A stretch of DNA of 64,000 nucleotides, from positions 17,516-81,515 of the forward strand of contig CAZXLD010000015.1 of the NCBI GenBank assembly GCA_964641965.1, written 5' to 3'. How positions within the stretch are numbered: the first letter of the stretch is position 1; each line of letters begins with the position of its first letter. A program made the position numbers and the translations under genes. Below are positions 18,656-27,055 of this stretch, in pieces. The notes below the pieces were generated by a model. That model made no database searches and had not been told where the DNA came from. It worked only from the letters and a program-made list of their open reading frames with translations. This stretch comes from an uncultured Saprospiraceae bacterium. GTDB lineage: Bacteria; Bacteroidota; Bacteroidia; Chitinophagales; Saprospiraceae.

Positions 18656-19720
18656 TCAAGACCAATTTAGGAGGATACGCTGTGCCGAAAAACCGGGGCC
18701 AAAACTCAACATCATACCCTTATCGCCACGGTTTACTTTTCCGTTATTCATCAAAAAGTCCAGCACATACAGTACGGTCGCACTGGACATATTACCATAG
18801 CGTCGAAATATTTCCTTGGTCCCGTCAATATTTTTCCCACGTGGGGCCAACATCTCCTCTACCAAACGCATAATCTTTTTACCACCAGGATGAAATACAA
18901 AATGGTCAATTTGGTCCAGATCGGTTCCGTGACCCTCCAGAAATTCATCCAGCACTTCCGGCATGTGGGCTGCAATTGTTTCTGGAACTTGTGGATCCAG
19001 CACCATTCTGAAGCCCGAATCAACTACTTTATACCCCATCATATGGATAGCATCGTAAAAATGATACATTCCTGATGGCCCAAGTGCTGGTCCTAGATTT
19101 TCTGAGTCAGGCCCTATGATTGCACAAGCGACACCATCTCCAAACAGGGCTGTGCTCACGATGTTGGCCATGCTATAATCATTCGCCTGAAAAGTGCAAG
19201 AAGGGAACTCGGCGGCAATAACCGCTGCTGTTTTGCCAGGCTGGGCCTCCAAAAGCTGTTTGGCATAGATCAACGCTGATACTCCTGCCGCACAACCCAT
19301 CTCTGTGACTGGAAGACGGACCACATCCTGTCGCATCCGAAACTTATTAATCAAATAGGCATCAACGGAAGGGATCATGAAACCGGTACAACTTACCGTA
19401 ATCAGGTAGTCTAGTTCAGACGGATCCAGCCCACTCTTGGCCAAGGCACCGCCCAAGGCCTCTTCCGACAAGGCAATAGCATGCTCAATATAGTGGTCGT
19501 TTCGAGCTTCAAAGCTATCGAATCGAATCATATCTTCCGGTGCTGTAACCGTGTAGCGTTGATCGACTTCAGCGTATTGAAAAATACGAAGCGCCTTTCG
19601 CCTCAGCCGGTCCGGCTGGTCCGACAACCATTGCTCTGCGTGCATGCAGGATTCAGCATTGGTTTTACGAAGCTCAGGCACTGCGATTGCCGTTGCAAGT
19701 ATTTTATTGAGTGCACTCAT
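18656..19720 (-). CDS. Type III polyketide synthase (chalcone/stilbene synthase superfamily)
   Basis: The Cys-His-Asn triad contexts are VSCTGFMIPS, FVFHPGGKKI and YGNMSSATVLYVL. 354 aa. Confidence 0.9.
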   Translation of the reverse strand: MSALNKILATAIAVPELRKTNAESCMHAEQWLSDQPDRLRRKALRIFQYAEVDQRYTVTAPEDMIRFDSFEARNDHYIEHAIALSEEALGGALAKSGLDPSELDYLITVSCTGFMIPSVDAYLINKFRMRQDVVRLPVTEMGCAAGVSALIYAKQLLEAQPGKTAAVIAAEFPSCTFQANDYSMANIVSTALFGDGVACAIIGPDSENLGPALGPSGMYHFYDAIHMMGYKVVDSGFRMVLDPQVPETIAAHMPEVLDEFLEGHGTDLDQIDHFVFHPGGKKIMRLVEEMLAPRGKNIDGTKEIFRRYGNMSSATVLYVLDFLMNNGKVNRGDKGMMLSFGPGFSAQRILLNWS

Positions 19721-20474
19721 GGTTTGAATTGAATAATAGCATTTGCCATCGAAAGGCCCATCGCCATTTCAGGTGATAATCCTTGCAATTGCAGGCTCGA
19801 AGATAGGATTCAAGATCACTCCTGCGAAAAGCTTTTCGAATGGAAAGCAAACCGTCGTGTCGTGCCATACCGGAAATCCTGAACAACCTGCTCCAAATCT
19901 GAAATAAAACAAATGCCATACGGTTGCGATGGAGGTCATTGATCAAGATACATTGTGTACTAGGCAACGAGAGTAGCTGCTGCAGTAAAGATATGATCTC
20001 CTCATCTGTAAAGTGATGCAGAAAAAGAGAACACAGGTAAATGTCTCCTTCGGGCAAATCCGGCACGTGTAAGGCCTCCGCTTTCTTGTAAGTGATTTCA
20101 GAGAAATTCTCGCTTTCCCTACAGGCATAGGTTAGCACATGCTCGTTTGCATCCACCCCAATCAACTCCACTTTCGAATCAAATTTGCGAAAATAGCGTG
20201 CCAGATATCGCAGAGTATCCCCGCCTCCACATCCCAGGTCCACGATTCGAAGAGGTCTATCCAGTTGATGTGGTGTTTGTTTTAGGTAGATTTTTAGTGC
20301 TTTCAGCACAATGAGATATCCTCCGAGCCACCGGTTGACCTTCTCTATCCCGTTTAGAGCTCCTTCAATCTCTACCCCTCCAAGATCCAGATCATCCATC
20401 AGCTCGGGGCGAGTATCTCTAGTTGGCAACCACTCACGCATATTCAGGTACGATTGGTTGAACGGGTTTACCAT
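19704..20474 (-). CDS. Class I SAM-dependent methyltransferase (SrsB-like position)
   Basis: Motif I is IVDLGCGGGD. An alternative ATG at 20441 would reduce the overlap with the upstream gene to 8 nt. Confidence 0.8.
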   Translation of the reverse strand: MVNPFNQSYLNMREWLPTRDTRPELMDDLDLGGVEIEGALNGIEKVNRWLGGYLIVLKALKIYLKQTPHQLDRPLRIVDLGCGGGDTLRYLARYFRKFDSKVELIGVDANEHVLTYACRESENFSEITYKKAEALHVPDLPEGDIYLCSLFLHHFTDEEIISLLQQLLSLPSTQCILINDLHRNRMAFVLFQIWSRLFRISGMARHDGLLSIRKAFRRSDLESYLRACNCKDYHLKWRWAFRWQMLLFNSNHECTQ

Positions 20475-21570
20475 GCGTCAAGGTGATCAACTTCTGCGTA
20501 AGCCCCGGAAAATATGCCCCAAATCCAACGAGCTTATCCATGAGGAAGGGAATCCAGCACATTTGCTGTAACTGCCTGCCTACCCATAGCCGATTCGCAA
20601 AGGTGTTGCGCCAGTACCTTTGGTAAGCCTGGTGCAATTCTGTTTCTGAAATAGACCCGTTGAGGTAGGAAGCACCTAGGATAGCTGCCTGATAGCCGCC
20701 CTGAATCGCCATCGCCATACCGTTTCCGCAAAGCGGACTGATTAACCCTGCAGAATCCCCTGCATAGAGTACCCCGGATTCAACAGCAGGCCTGGGCGAG
20801 AAGGAAATATTTGAAATGGTAAGGGGCTTTGCCCATAATCTTTCTCCTCTGGTAAATAGGTCGGAAAGGGCTTGATTCCTGGATAAAACCTGTTTTTCCA
20901 ATTGCTCTATAGAACCTGCTTTCCGCAACTGATCAGCATGAACCAAATAACAGACGTTCACCTTCCCATCCTCCACCTGGGATACCCCACAATACCCCTT
21001 AGGAAAATGGTGCAATTGGACCTCATTCGATGGCATTGCCCAATGCATATGGTACTTAACGCCCATCCAGGGACTCCTTCCCGGCATTTGCGGACGCATC
21101 TGCTTATCTAATACAGATCGTTTACCCTGGCAACCGATGACTAGCTTTGCAACTATGGAATCTCCTTTCTTGGTTTGCAATCTATACCCACCCGCCTCCG
21201 GCTGGATAGCCATTACCGACTCCTGGGTGCGAATAGCCACACCGAGTGCTTTGGCCTGAACAGCAAGAAAATGATCTAATGCATATCGACTTATGCTGAA
21301 TGCCCCCAATGGGAGTGAAACTTGCAGTGCAACTCCAGAACAGGTCGTTACACTCAGCCGGTCGATGTAGACTGGATTTAAACGATGCGGAAAGAGACCT
21401 AAATGCTCAAGCAATGGCTTTACTTCTAAAGAAATATACTCGCCACATACTTTATGTCTGGGGTAATTTGACTGCTCTACCAGAATTACCCGAAACCCTT
21501 TTTTTGCTAACGTGATCGCGCAGGTCAGCCCCGCCAACCCTCCGCCAATAACGGCAACCTCGTTGTTCAT
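20434..21570 (-). CDS. FAD-dependent oxidoreductase/monooxygenase (geranylgeranyl-reductase-like fold, SrsC-like position)
   Basis: Dinucleotide fold VAVIGGGLAGLTCAITLAKKG...VEQ, and the GD motif YAGDSAGLISPLCGNGMAMA. Confidence 0.8.
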   Translation of the reverse strand: MNNEVAVIGGGLAGLTCAITLAKKGFRVILVEQSNYPRHKVCGEYISLEVKPLLEHLGLFPHRLNPVYIDRLSVTTCSGVALQVSLPLGAFSISRYALDHFLAVQAKALGVAIRTQESVMAIQPEAGGYRLQTKKGDSIVAKLVIGCQGKRSVLDKQMRPQMPGRSPWMGVKYHMHWAMPSNEVQLHHFPKGYCGVSQVEDGKVNVCYLVHADQLRKAGSIEQLEKQVLSRNQALSDLFTRGERLWAKPLTISNISFSPRPAVESGVLYAGDSAGLISPLCGNGMAMAIQGGYQAAILGASYLNGSISETELHQAYQRYWRNTFANRLWVGRQLQQMCWIPFLMDKLVGFGAYFPGLTQKLITLTHGKPVQPIVPEYA

Positions 21571-22139
21571 GGAAGCAAGTTACAAGAAAGCTTTACTTCG
21601 ACCGTATTTCCCAAGATGAAGCTTTTGGAGCCTACATTGAATTCGAGTCGGTTTAAAGAGAAACTTCCTTCGAGGTGAATTCCATTGCCTTGTGGTGTGA
21701 CCGTGAAAGGAAATTCGATGTTTTTGGTTACCCCTTTGATCGTAAGCCTACCTGAAAAGAGATAGCCATTAGCATCTTGGCGAATGGACTCAGATCGGAT
21801 TCGGATCACGGGAAAATGCTCCTGGTCAAAGTATTTTTCCTGCATTAGATGTTCATCCCGCTTGTTGATGCCTGTTTTCATGGAAGCCACAGCAACAGTC
21901 GCATCCAATTTAGATTGGCTGGGTTGCTCGGGATCAAAGGATCCCTTAACAGAAAGGTCTCCCAAATCGCCATCCACCCAAAATCCGGCATTCTTAATCC
22001 TGAATTCAACTTTCTCACTACCCGCCTCCAAAGTGGAGTAGACAGTAGACAATCCCGGGTAGCCCGGACCACTTGCTAACAGCATAAAAACAGTACTTAG
22101 TATCATATTCATATTCCAGGAACATCCATGAATAGACAT
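21567..22139 (-). CDS. YceI-like lipid/polyisoprenoid-binding protein, secreted; first gene of the PKS operon
   Basis: Signal-like MNMILSTVFMLLASG, then the YceI pattern (EFRIKNAGFWVDGDLG..., SMKTGINKRDEHLMQEKYFDQEHFPVIRIRS, GRLTIKGVTKNIEFPF). The true start may be the ATG at 22112. Confidence 0.75.
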   Translation of the reverse strand: MSIHGCSWNMNMILSTVFMLLASGPGYPGLSTVYSTLEAGSEKVEFRIKNAGFWVDGDLGDLSVKGSFDPEQPSQSKLDATVAVASMKTGINKRDEHLMQEKYFDQEHFPVIRIRSESIRQDANGYLFSGRLTIKGVTKNIEFPFTVTPQGNGIHLEGSFSLNRLEFNVGSKSFILGNTVEVKLSCNLLP

Positions 22140-22173
22140 TGTTGGAGCTGGAAAATAAAATCCGGCTTTGTGA

Positions 22174-22818
22174 TTAACCTTTTTGAATAGCAGATTTATA
22201 CACTGCCAATAGTTCGCTAAGCATCATAGCTGTAGCGCCCCACAACACTTTCCCTTGCAAATCAAAATAGGGTACGTTATTAAGGGCAATACCTTCACCT
22301 ACCGTCATTTGAGTAATCTGGACTGCTCTGGGCTCCACGAATTTTAAAAAGGGAAATTCGAGGACCGATTTAACCTCTGATACTTGGGGTGTAAAAGCAG
22401 GAGCATAATCCAGCACACCCACAAATGGGTGAACCAAGAAATTGCTGACCGGAATATACAGCTCCGTCAAGCTCCCTAAAACCTGAATATCACCCTGGCG
22501 TACACCAATTTCTTCTTCTGTTTCCCTAAGCGCCGTATTCTCCATCTGACCATCTTCTTCTTCGAACCGACCTCCTGGAAATCCGATCTGACCTCTATGG
22601 CGATCCTTCGGATTATTGGAAACACGTTCGATAAATACTAAATGCCATTCCCGCTTTTTGGGATAGAGCAGGGCCATAACACCTGCCCGATTCACTCTTT
22701 TTGGAGGGTGCACTGCATGTTTACGGCTAACATGCGCCATTTGGAATTGGGCTTCTTCTCCCGGAAGGGGTAACTCTAGCTGACTTTGAATGATATGTGG
22801 AAGGTCTGTAGTTTTCAT
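22174..22818 (-). CDS. NUDIX hydrolase, CoA pyrophosphatase subfamily
   Basis: Nudix box GGRFEEEDGQMENTALRETEEEIGV, preceded by the CoA-pyrophosphatase signature ..ERVSNNPKDRHRGQIGFPGG. Confidence 0.8.
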   Translation of the reverse strand: MKTTDLPHIIQSQLELPLPGEEAQFQMAHVSRKHAVHPPKRVNRAGVMALLYPKKREWHLVFIERVSNNPKDRHRGQIGFPGGRFEEEDGQMENTALRETEEEIGVRQGDIQVLGSLTELYIPVSNFLVHPFVGVLDYAPAFTPQVSEVKSVLEFPFLKFVEPRAVQITQMTVGEGIALNNVPYFDLQGKVLWGATAMMLSELLAVYKSAIQKG

Positions 22819-22905
22819 ATGCTGGTTATGTAACCCAAAAACAGGTTCCCAGTTTCATGAAACAGCCAAATGATAAATATGGGGCCAAAGTTCTGGCTAT
22901 CGTAC

Positions 22906-22950
22906 ACAAAAAATAAATGGGCCTTACCGGAATCCCGCAAAGCCCATTCA
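22906..22950 (-). terminator. Intrinsic terminator after the hemD-like gene
   Basis: On the minus strand the stem is AATGGGC (22948..22942) pairing with GCCCATT (22922..22916), with a 19-nt loop, followed by TATTTTTT. It separates the hemD-like gene from the NUDIX/PKS genes downstream. Confidence 0.5.
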
Positions 22951-22971
22951 CGATTCAAAAACAAGAAAATT

Positions 22972-23751
22972 TTAGTCCTTATTGGAAACTTGTAAATAGC
23001 GCTCCAATGCCATGGTCATGGAAGGGATCTCTGGAGCTGGGGCCTGAATGTTAATCGTGAGCCCGTGTTCTTCAACAGCTCGGCTGGTACTATTTCCGAA
23101 TACTGCAATCCGGGTTTCGTCTTGGGTAAAATCCGGAAAATTCTCGTAAAGCGATTTGATGCCAAGTGGGCTAAAAAACACTAGCACATCGTATTTCACA
23201 TCACTCAGGTCGCTCAAGTCACTGCTGACTGTTCGATACATCAAGGCATCTTTCCAATCAAACCCATTTTCCGTCAAGAAATTAGAAACCGCCTGGCTTC
23301 CAAGATTGGAACAAGGAAGTAAAAACTTCTCTTTAGCCTTGTGTTTCTTCAGAGATTGAGCAAGATCCTGAATAGTCCGTTTTCCTACAAATACCTTCCG
23401 TTTGCGATAGGTAATGAACTTTTGAAGGTAATTAGCCACAGCACCGGTCATACAGAAATACCGGGTTTCCATAGACATTTTGATTCGCATCTCGTCAAGG
23501 ATACGATGAAAATGATCTACAGCATTTTTACTGGTAAAAATGATGGCAGTATACTCATCCGGACGGACTCGTTGCTTGCGGAATTCTTTTTCGGACACAC
23601 CTTCCACATGAATGAAAGGCCGCCAATCAATTTGAAGACCAAACCGTTTCTCCAATTCATAATAGGGAGAGCGTTCAGGCTTGGGTTGGGAGATGAGAAT
23701 TGTTTTCACTGGTTTGTACGCCTCCTCCCTCGCTTTTGCGTTAACTGACAT
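22972..23751 (-). CDS. Uroporphyrinogen-III synthase (HemD)-like protein, Bacteroidota type
   Basis: VKTILISQPKPERSPYYELEKRF...WRPFIHVEGVS...TAIIFTSKNAVDHFHRI matches the conserved Bacteroidota HemD-like family as I recall it. It has the usual DUF4271 neighbour. Confidence 0.7.
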   Translation of the reverse strand: MSVNAKAREEAYKPVKTILISQPKPERSPYYELEKRFGLQIDWRPFIHVEGVSEKEFRKQRVRPDEYTAIIFTSKNAVDHFHRILDEMRIKMSMETRYFCMTGAVANYLQKFITYRKRKVFVGKRTIQDLAQSLKKHKAKEKFLLPCSNLGSQAVSNFLTENGFDWKDALMYRTVSSDLSDLSDVKYDVLVFFSPLGIKSLYENFPDFTQDETRIAVFGNSTSRAVEEHGLTINIQAPAPEIPSMTMALERYLQVSNKD

Positions 23752-23776
23752 TCAATGAAGTTTTGGGAAAAACTTA

Positions 23777-24769
23777 TTAGAATGTCCCGATTGATGGGGC
23801 CAAAAAAAACTGTATCAATTTGACTACCACCAAAACAGGCGCGATTTCGACGGTGCAAATATACAACAAAAAATGGAAAAAGCGTCCAAGAAAATATTGA
23901 TTTACAATAACCAAGGTGCGAAGGACCCGGAGTATGAGCAAAAACGAGCCGCCGATCCCTACTGCAACTAAAAGCCAAAACCACGTCGTACTAGGCAGAA
24001 AAAGGATTAGCAGGTTAAACAGAAATAAGACTAACCCCATGGCAGTGCCAAATAAAATTATGGTGAAATGGTACAAGTTGATTCCCCGTTTTCCAGGGAA
24101 CAATAGGCGCACCCATCGAAGCAAGGCTCGCTTCGCCATGTAATGGGCAAATACCAGAAAGACCAGTAACCCCAGCCACCACCATCCCAAATTTTGAGCT
24201 CGGATCTCCCATATCCCGATGGCATGGTATAAAAACAAGGCACCATTGAGCAAAAAGAAAACAAAAAACAAGCGAAATGGAAGGTTATCCCGGGTTTCCC
24301 TTTCCCTGAATAATTGCGTAAAGGCCCCATCCTGAAGAAGGGCCCGAATGGAGATGTATAATTCTGCTCGATAAAAGTTCATCAGGACTGCGAAGAAAAC
24401 CAGCAACCCCAGCACGATCCCGAACATCCATCCTCGGGAAAGCCCCTTTTGACCAACCAACTGTTGAGCGGGCTCTTCTACCATGGAATCAGGGGTATTC
24501 ATGTTCCGAAGCTCAAATGGATTGTCAGATCCTTCTGTAATTTCAACTGGGTTTTCAGCACGATCCTGAGTCGGATCCATTACCAGCTCGAAGGGATTCG
24601 CCCCCTTTGTTTCCAATGGAGTTTCCTTTTTTTGAGCAGTGGTATCAGGTGTTAAGCCCGGAGCTAAATCAAACGGGTTTTTGGTTTGCTGAGCACACAG
24701 AACTGGCTGCCCTATCCAAAGGCAGACAATGCTTGCCAGAATTAGGATGATTCTACTCCTTTTGTCCAT
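23777..24769 (-). CDS. DUF4271-like multi-pass membrane protein
   Basis: Signal peptide, a Pro/Asn-rich N-terminal region with repeated NPFEL motifs, then about six hydrophobic helices. It occupies the conserved position next to the HemD-like gene. Confidence 0.6.
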   Translation of the reverse strand: MDKRSRIILILASIVCLWIGQPVLCAQQTKNPFDLAPGLTPDTTAQKKETPLETKGANPFELVMDPTQDRAENPVEITEGSDNPFELRNMNTPDSMVEEPAQQLVGQKGLSRGWMFGIVLGLLVFFAVLMNFYRAELYISIRALLQDGAFTQLFRERETRDNLPFRLFFVFFLLNGALFLYHAIGIWEIRAQNLGWWWLGLLVFLVFAHYMAKRALLRWVRLLFPGKRGINLYHFTIILFGTAMGLVLFLFNLLILFLPSTTWFWLLVAVGIGGSFLLILRVLRTLVIVNQYFLGRFFHFLLYICTVEIAPVLVVVKLIQFFLAPSIGTF

Positions 24770-24910
24770 AGCATGTGCAATATAATAGATGCTCCCAGCA
24801 TTATTTCTTCCCCTTCTGCCTCCAATTATTCTACCCTACAATTTCTTTATTTTGTTAATAAGCCGTTAACCGGTTTTCAGCCTATCTGGCCAGCCATTAT
24901 ATTGATCCCT

Positions 24911-26191
24911 ATGAGCAATCGCCGCATTCAGCAATTGGTAGTATTGGGAGCTATTGTCATTGCCACCACGGTTATTTTACAGACATTTTGGGTCTTTAAT
25001 ACCTGGCAGTTTAATGCATCTCAATTGGACAGACAGGTTACTTTAGCACTGAGGCGCGTGGCACAAGACCTTGCCGATGTAAATGGGAGTCAGCTATCAA
25101 ATCAAGGATTGATCCTAAAAAAAACCAGCAACTATTATGTAGTAAATACCAGGGACATCATTGAACCAAGTGTACTGGAATTTTTCCTTCGAAAACACAT
25201 GGACTCGGTAGCCCTTCGATTAGATTATGAGTATGCTATTTTTGATTGCGCATCAGACGAAATGACATTCGGAAAATATGTCCGCTATAACCAACTCGAA
25301 CCTTCACCCCTGCTGGAAACCCTACCAAAGGAACAAGGACTGAACTATTATTTTGGCATTCAATTCCCTACCATGGGCCAGCACTTAGTCCACCGTATGG
25401 GCTTCTCCCTTGGCTTGTCTGCTGTCTCTTTACTCTCCCTGTTCTTCTTTGCCTTTTCTCTGTATATCATCTTGAAACAAAAGCGATTATCAGAGTTGCA
25501 GAAGGATTTTATCAATAACATGACCCATGAGTTTAAGACTCCAATCTCTACCATTCGAATTGCCTCAGAGGTATTGGCTCGATCTCCTATAGTAGGTCAA
25601 GATAACCGGCTGAAAACCTATGCTCAAATCATTCAAGAGCAGAATCAACGTTTAAATAATCAGGTAGGTCGTGTCCTACAATTGGCCCAACTTGAGCGCA
25701 GTTCATTTATTCTGAACGGTAAACCGATAGACCTCAACCAATTGGTTACACAAGTCGCTGAAAGTATGGAGATCAGAACCAGGGAAAATGGGGGTTTGCT
25801 CTCGTTAGATTGTCCGAAGGAGGAGGTTTGGATTCAGGCAGACCCTTTTCATACCCGCAATGTGATCCACAACCTGTTGGATAATGCTTTTAAATATGCC
25901 CAGCCCCATCCAAAGGTCCGCTTGGAACTCACACCCCACTCTGAAGCAATCCAATTGATTATCTCTGATAATGGGCCAGGCATTCCTTCGGAATTTAAAG
26001 ACAAGGTCTGGGAGAAGTTCTTTCGGGTTCCATCCGGTAACCTTCACAATGTGAAAGGATTTGGACTGGGACTGTATTATGTGAATATGATTTGCCAAAA
26101 GCAACGTTGGTCCCTTGCGTTGGAATGTCCGGTCGATGGTGGGACTACTGTTCGAATTGGTATCCCCAGAACTAAAAAGGAAATTCAATGA
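24911..26191 (+). CDS. Sensor histidine kinase (HisKA + HATPase_c)
   Basis: H-box FINNMTHEFKTPISTI, N-box HNLLDNAFKY, and G-boxes DNGPGIP and GFGLGLYYV. The start is set at the ATG at 24911 (MSNRRIQQLVVLGAIV); the track ORF starts at 24773. Confidence 0.85.
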   Translation: MSNRRIQQLVVLGAIVIATTVILQTFWVFNTWQFNASQLDRQVTLALRRVAQDLADVNGSQLSNQGLILKKTSNYYVVNTRDIIEPSVLEFFLRKHMDSVALRLDYEYAIFDCASDEMTFGKYVRYNQLEPSPLLETLPKEQGLNYYFGIQFPTMGQHLVHRMGFSLGLSAVSLLSLFFFAFSLYIILKQKRLSELQKDFINNMTHEFKTPISTIRIASEVLARSPIVGQDNRLKTYAQIIQEQNQRLNNQVGRVLQLAQLERSSFILNGKPIDLNQLVTQVAESMEIRTRENGGLLSLDCPKEEVWIQADPFHTRNVIHNLLDNAFKYAQPHPKVRLELTPHSEAIQLIISDNGPGIPSEFKDKVWEKFFRVPSGNLHNVKGFGLGLYYVNMICQKQRWSLALECPVDGGTTVRIGIPRTKKEIQ

Positions 26192-26892
26192 TTCGAGGAA
26201 AACTGATGTATGTGGAAGACGATGAAAGTCTGAGCTTTGTTACGCAGGATAATCTGGAGCTGGAAGGATACCGCTTAAGCTGCTATTCGGATGGTAAAAG
26301 TGCGCTGGAGGCCTTTCGCAAGGAACCTTTTGACCTTTGCATTCTGGATGTCATGCTACCGGAAATGGATGGTTTTACCCTAGCTGAACATATTCGAGAA
26401 TGGAATCCGGAGGTCCCCATCCTTTTTTTAACGGCTAAAAGCTTGCCCGAAGATCGGCTCCATGGCTTGCGGCTAGGAGCGGACGACTACCTGACGAAGC
26501 CTTTTAACATAGAGGAATTGATCTTAAAGATTGAAATATTTCTAAAGCGAAGAAAGGTCATTCCCCTAGTAGATCAGGAAAAGCCCTTCTCACTCGGTGG
26601 AGCTACATTTGATTATCCCAACCTAAATCTAAAGGTGAATGGTACAGCTCGAAAGCTCACCCAAAAGGAAGCAGACTTATTGTTGTTACTGGTCCAAAAC
26701 CCCAATCAAGTACTCAAGCGGTCCGAAATTTTGATCCAGGTATGGGGTTCCGATGATTATTTTCTGGGCAGGAGCCTGGATGTATTCATTTCGCGCCTCC
26801 GAAAATATCTCAAGGAAGAACCTTTATTACAGATCGAAACCCTCCACGGAGTTGGGTTCAGGCTGCTGACAGAAAGCTCCTTAATTCCTTGA
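26188..26892 (+). CDS. OmpR/PhoB-type response regulator
   Basis: Receiver domain (VEDDESL, DLCILDVMLPEMDG, LTAK) plus a winged-helix output (LTQKEADLLLLL..., GVGFRL). Shares an ATGA overlap with the kinase gene. Confidence 0.9.
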   Translation: MIRGKLMYVEDDESLSFVTQDNLELEGYRLSCYSDGKSALEAFRKEPFDLCILDVMLPEMDGFTLAEHIREWNPEVPILFLTAKSLPEDRLHGLRLGADDYLTKPFNIEELILKIEIFLKRRKVIPLVDQEKPFSLGGATFDYPNLNLKVNGTARKLTQKEADLLLLLVQNPNQVLKRSEILIQVWGSDDYFLGRSLDVFISRLRKYLKEEPLLQIETLHGVGFRLLTESSLIP

Positions 26893-26895
26893 AAA

Positions 26896-26928
26896 TTTGG
26901 AGATTATGTAAACAAGCAATTACATTTG
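26896..26928 (+). promoter_or_regulatory. Candidate Bacteroidota promoter for the PpiD-like gene (-33 TTTG / -7 TACATTTG)
   Basis: TTTG at 26896..26899, a 21-nt spacer, then TACATTTG at 26921..26928. This is the same geometry as the rnhB candidate. It argues against the GTG at 26930 and for the ATG at 27056 as the start codon. Confidence 0.45.
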
Positions 26929-27055
26929 CGTGATTTTTCCCGTTATGGCAGCTTCCTGCTCCAGTTTTTTTACCGGGAAAGGCTATTTTTGCGACCTCTT
27001 GAAAAGATCCTTCTGTAGAAGGCAGGCAGAACTACTGCCGATAAAACGGAGATAC

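Noticed and set aside
24773-24910. N-terminal extensions of track ORFs: 24773 (kinase), 26930 (PpiD-like), 49252 (lpxK), 15435 (MMPL), 38415 (lipoprotein), 16131 (ACP), 55389 (holB) and 57927 (lpdA).
   Set aside because: The extensions lack family similarity, overlap upstream genes or promoter motifs, and in each case an internal ATG restores the canonical family N-terminus. Starts were trimmed accordingly.
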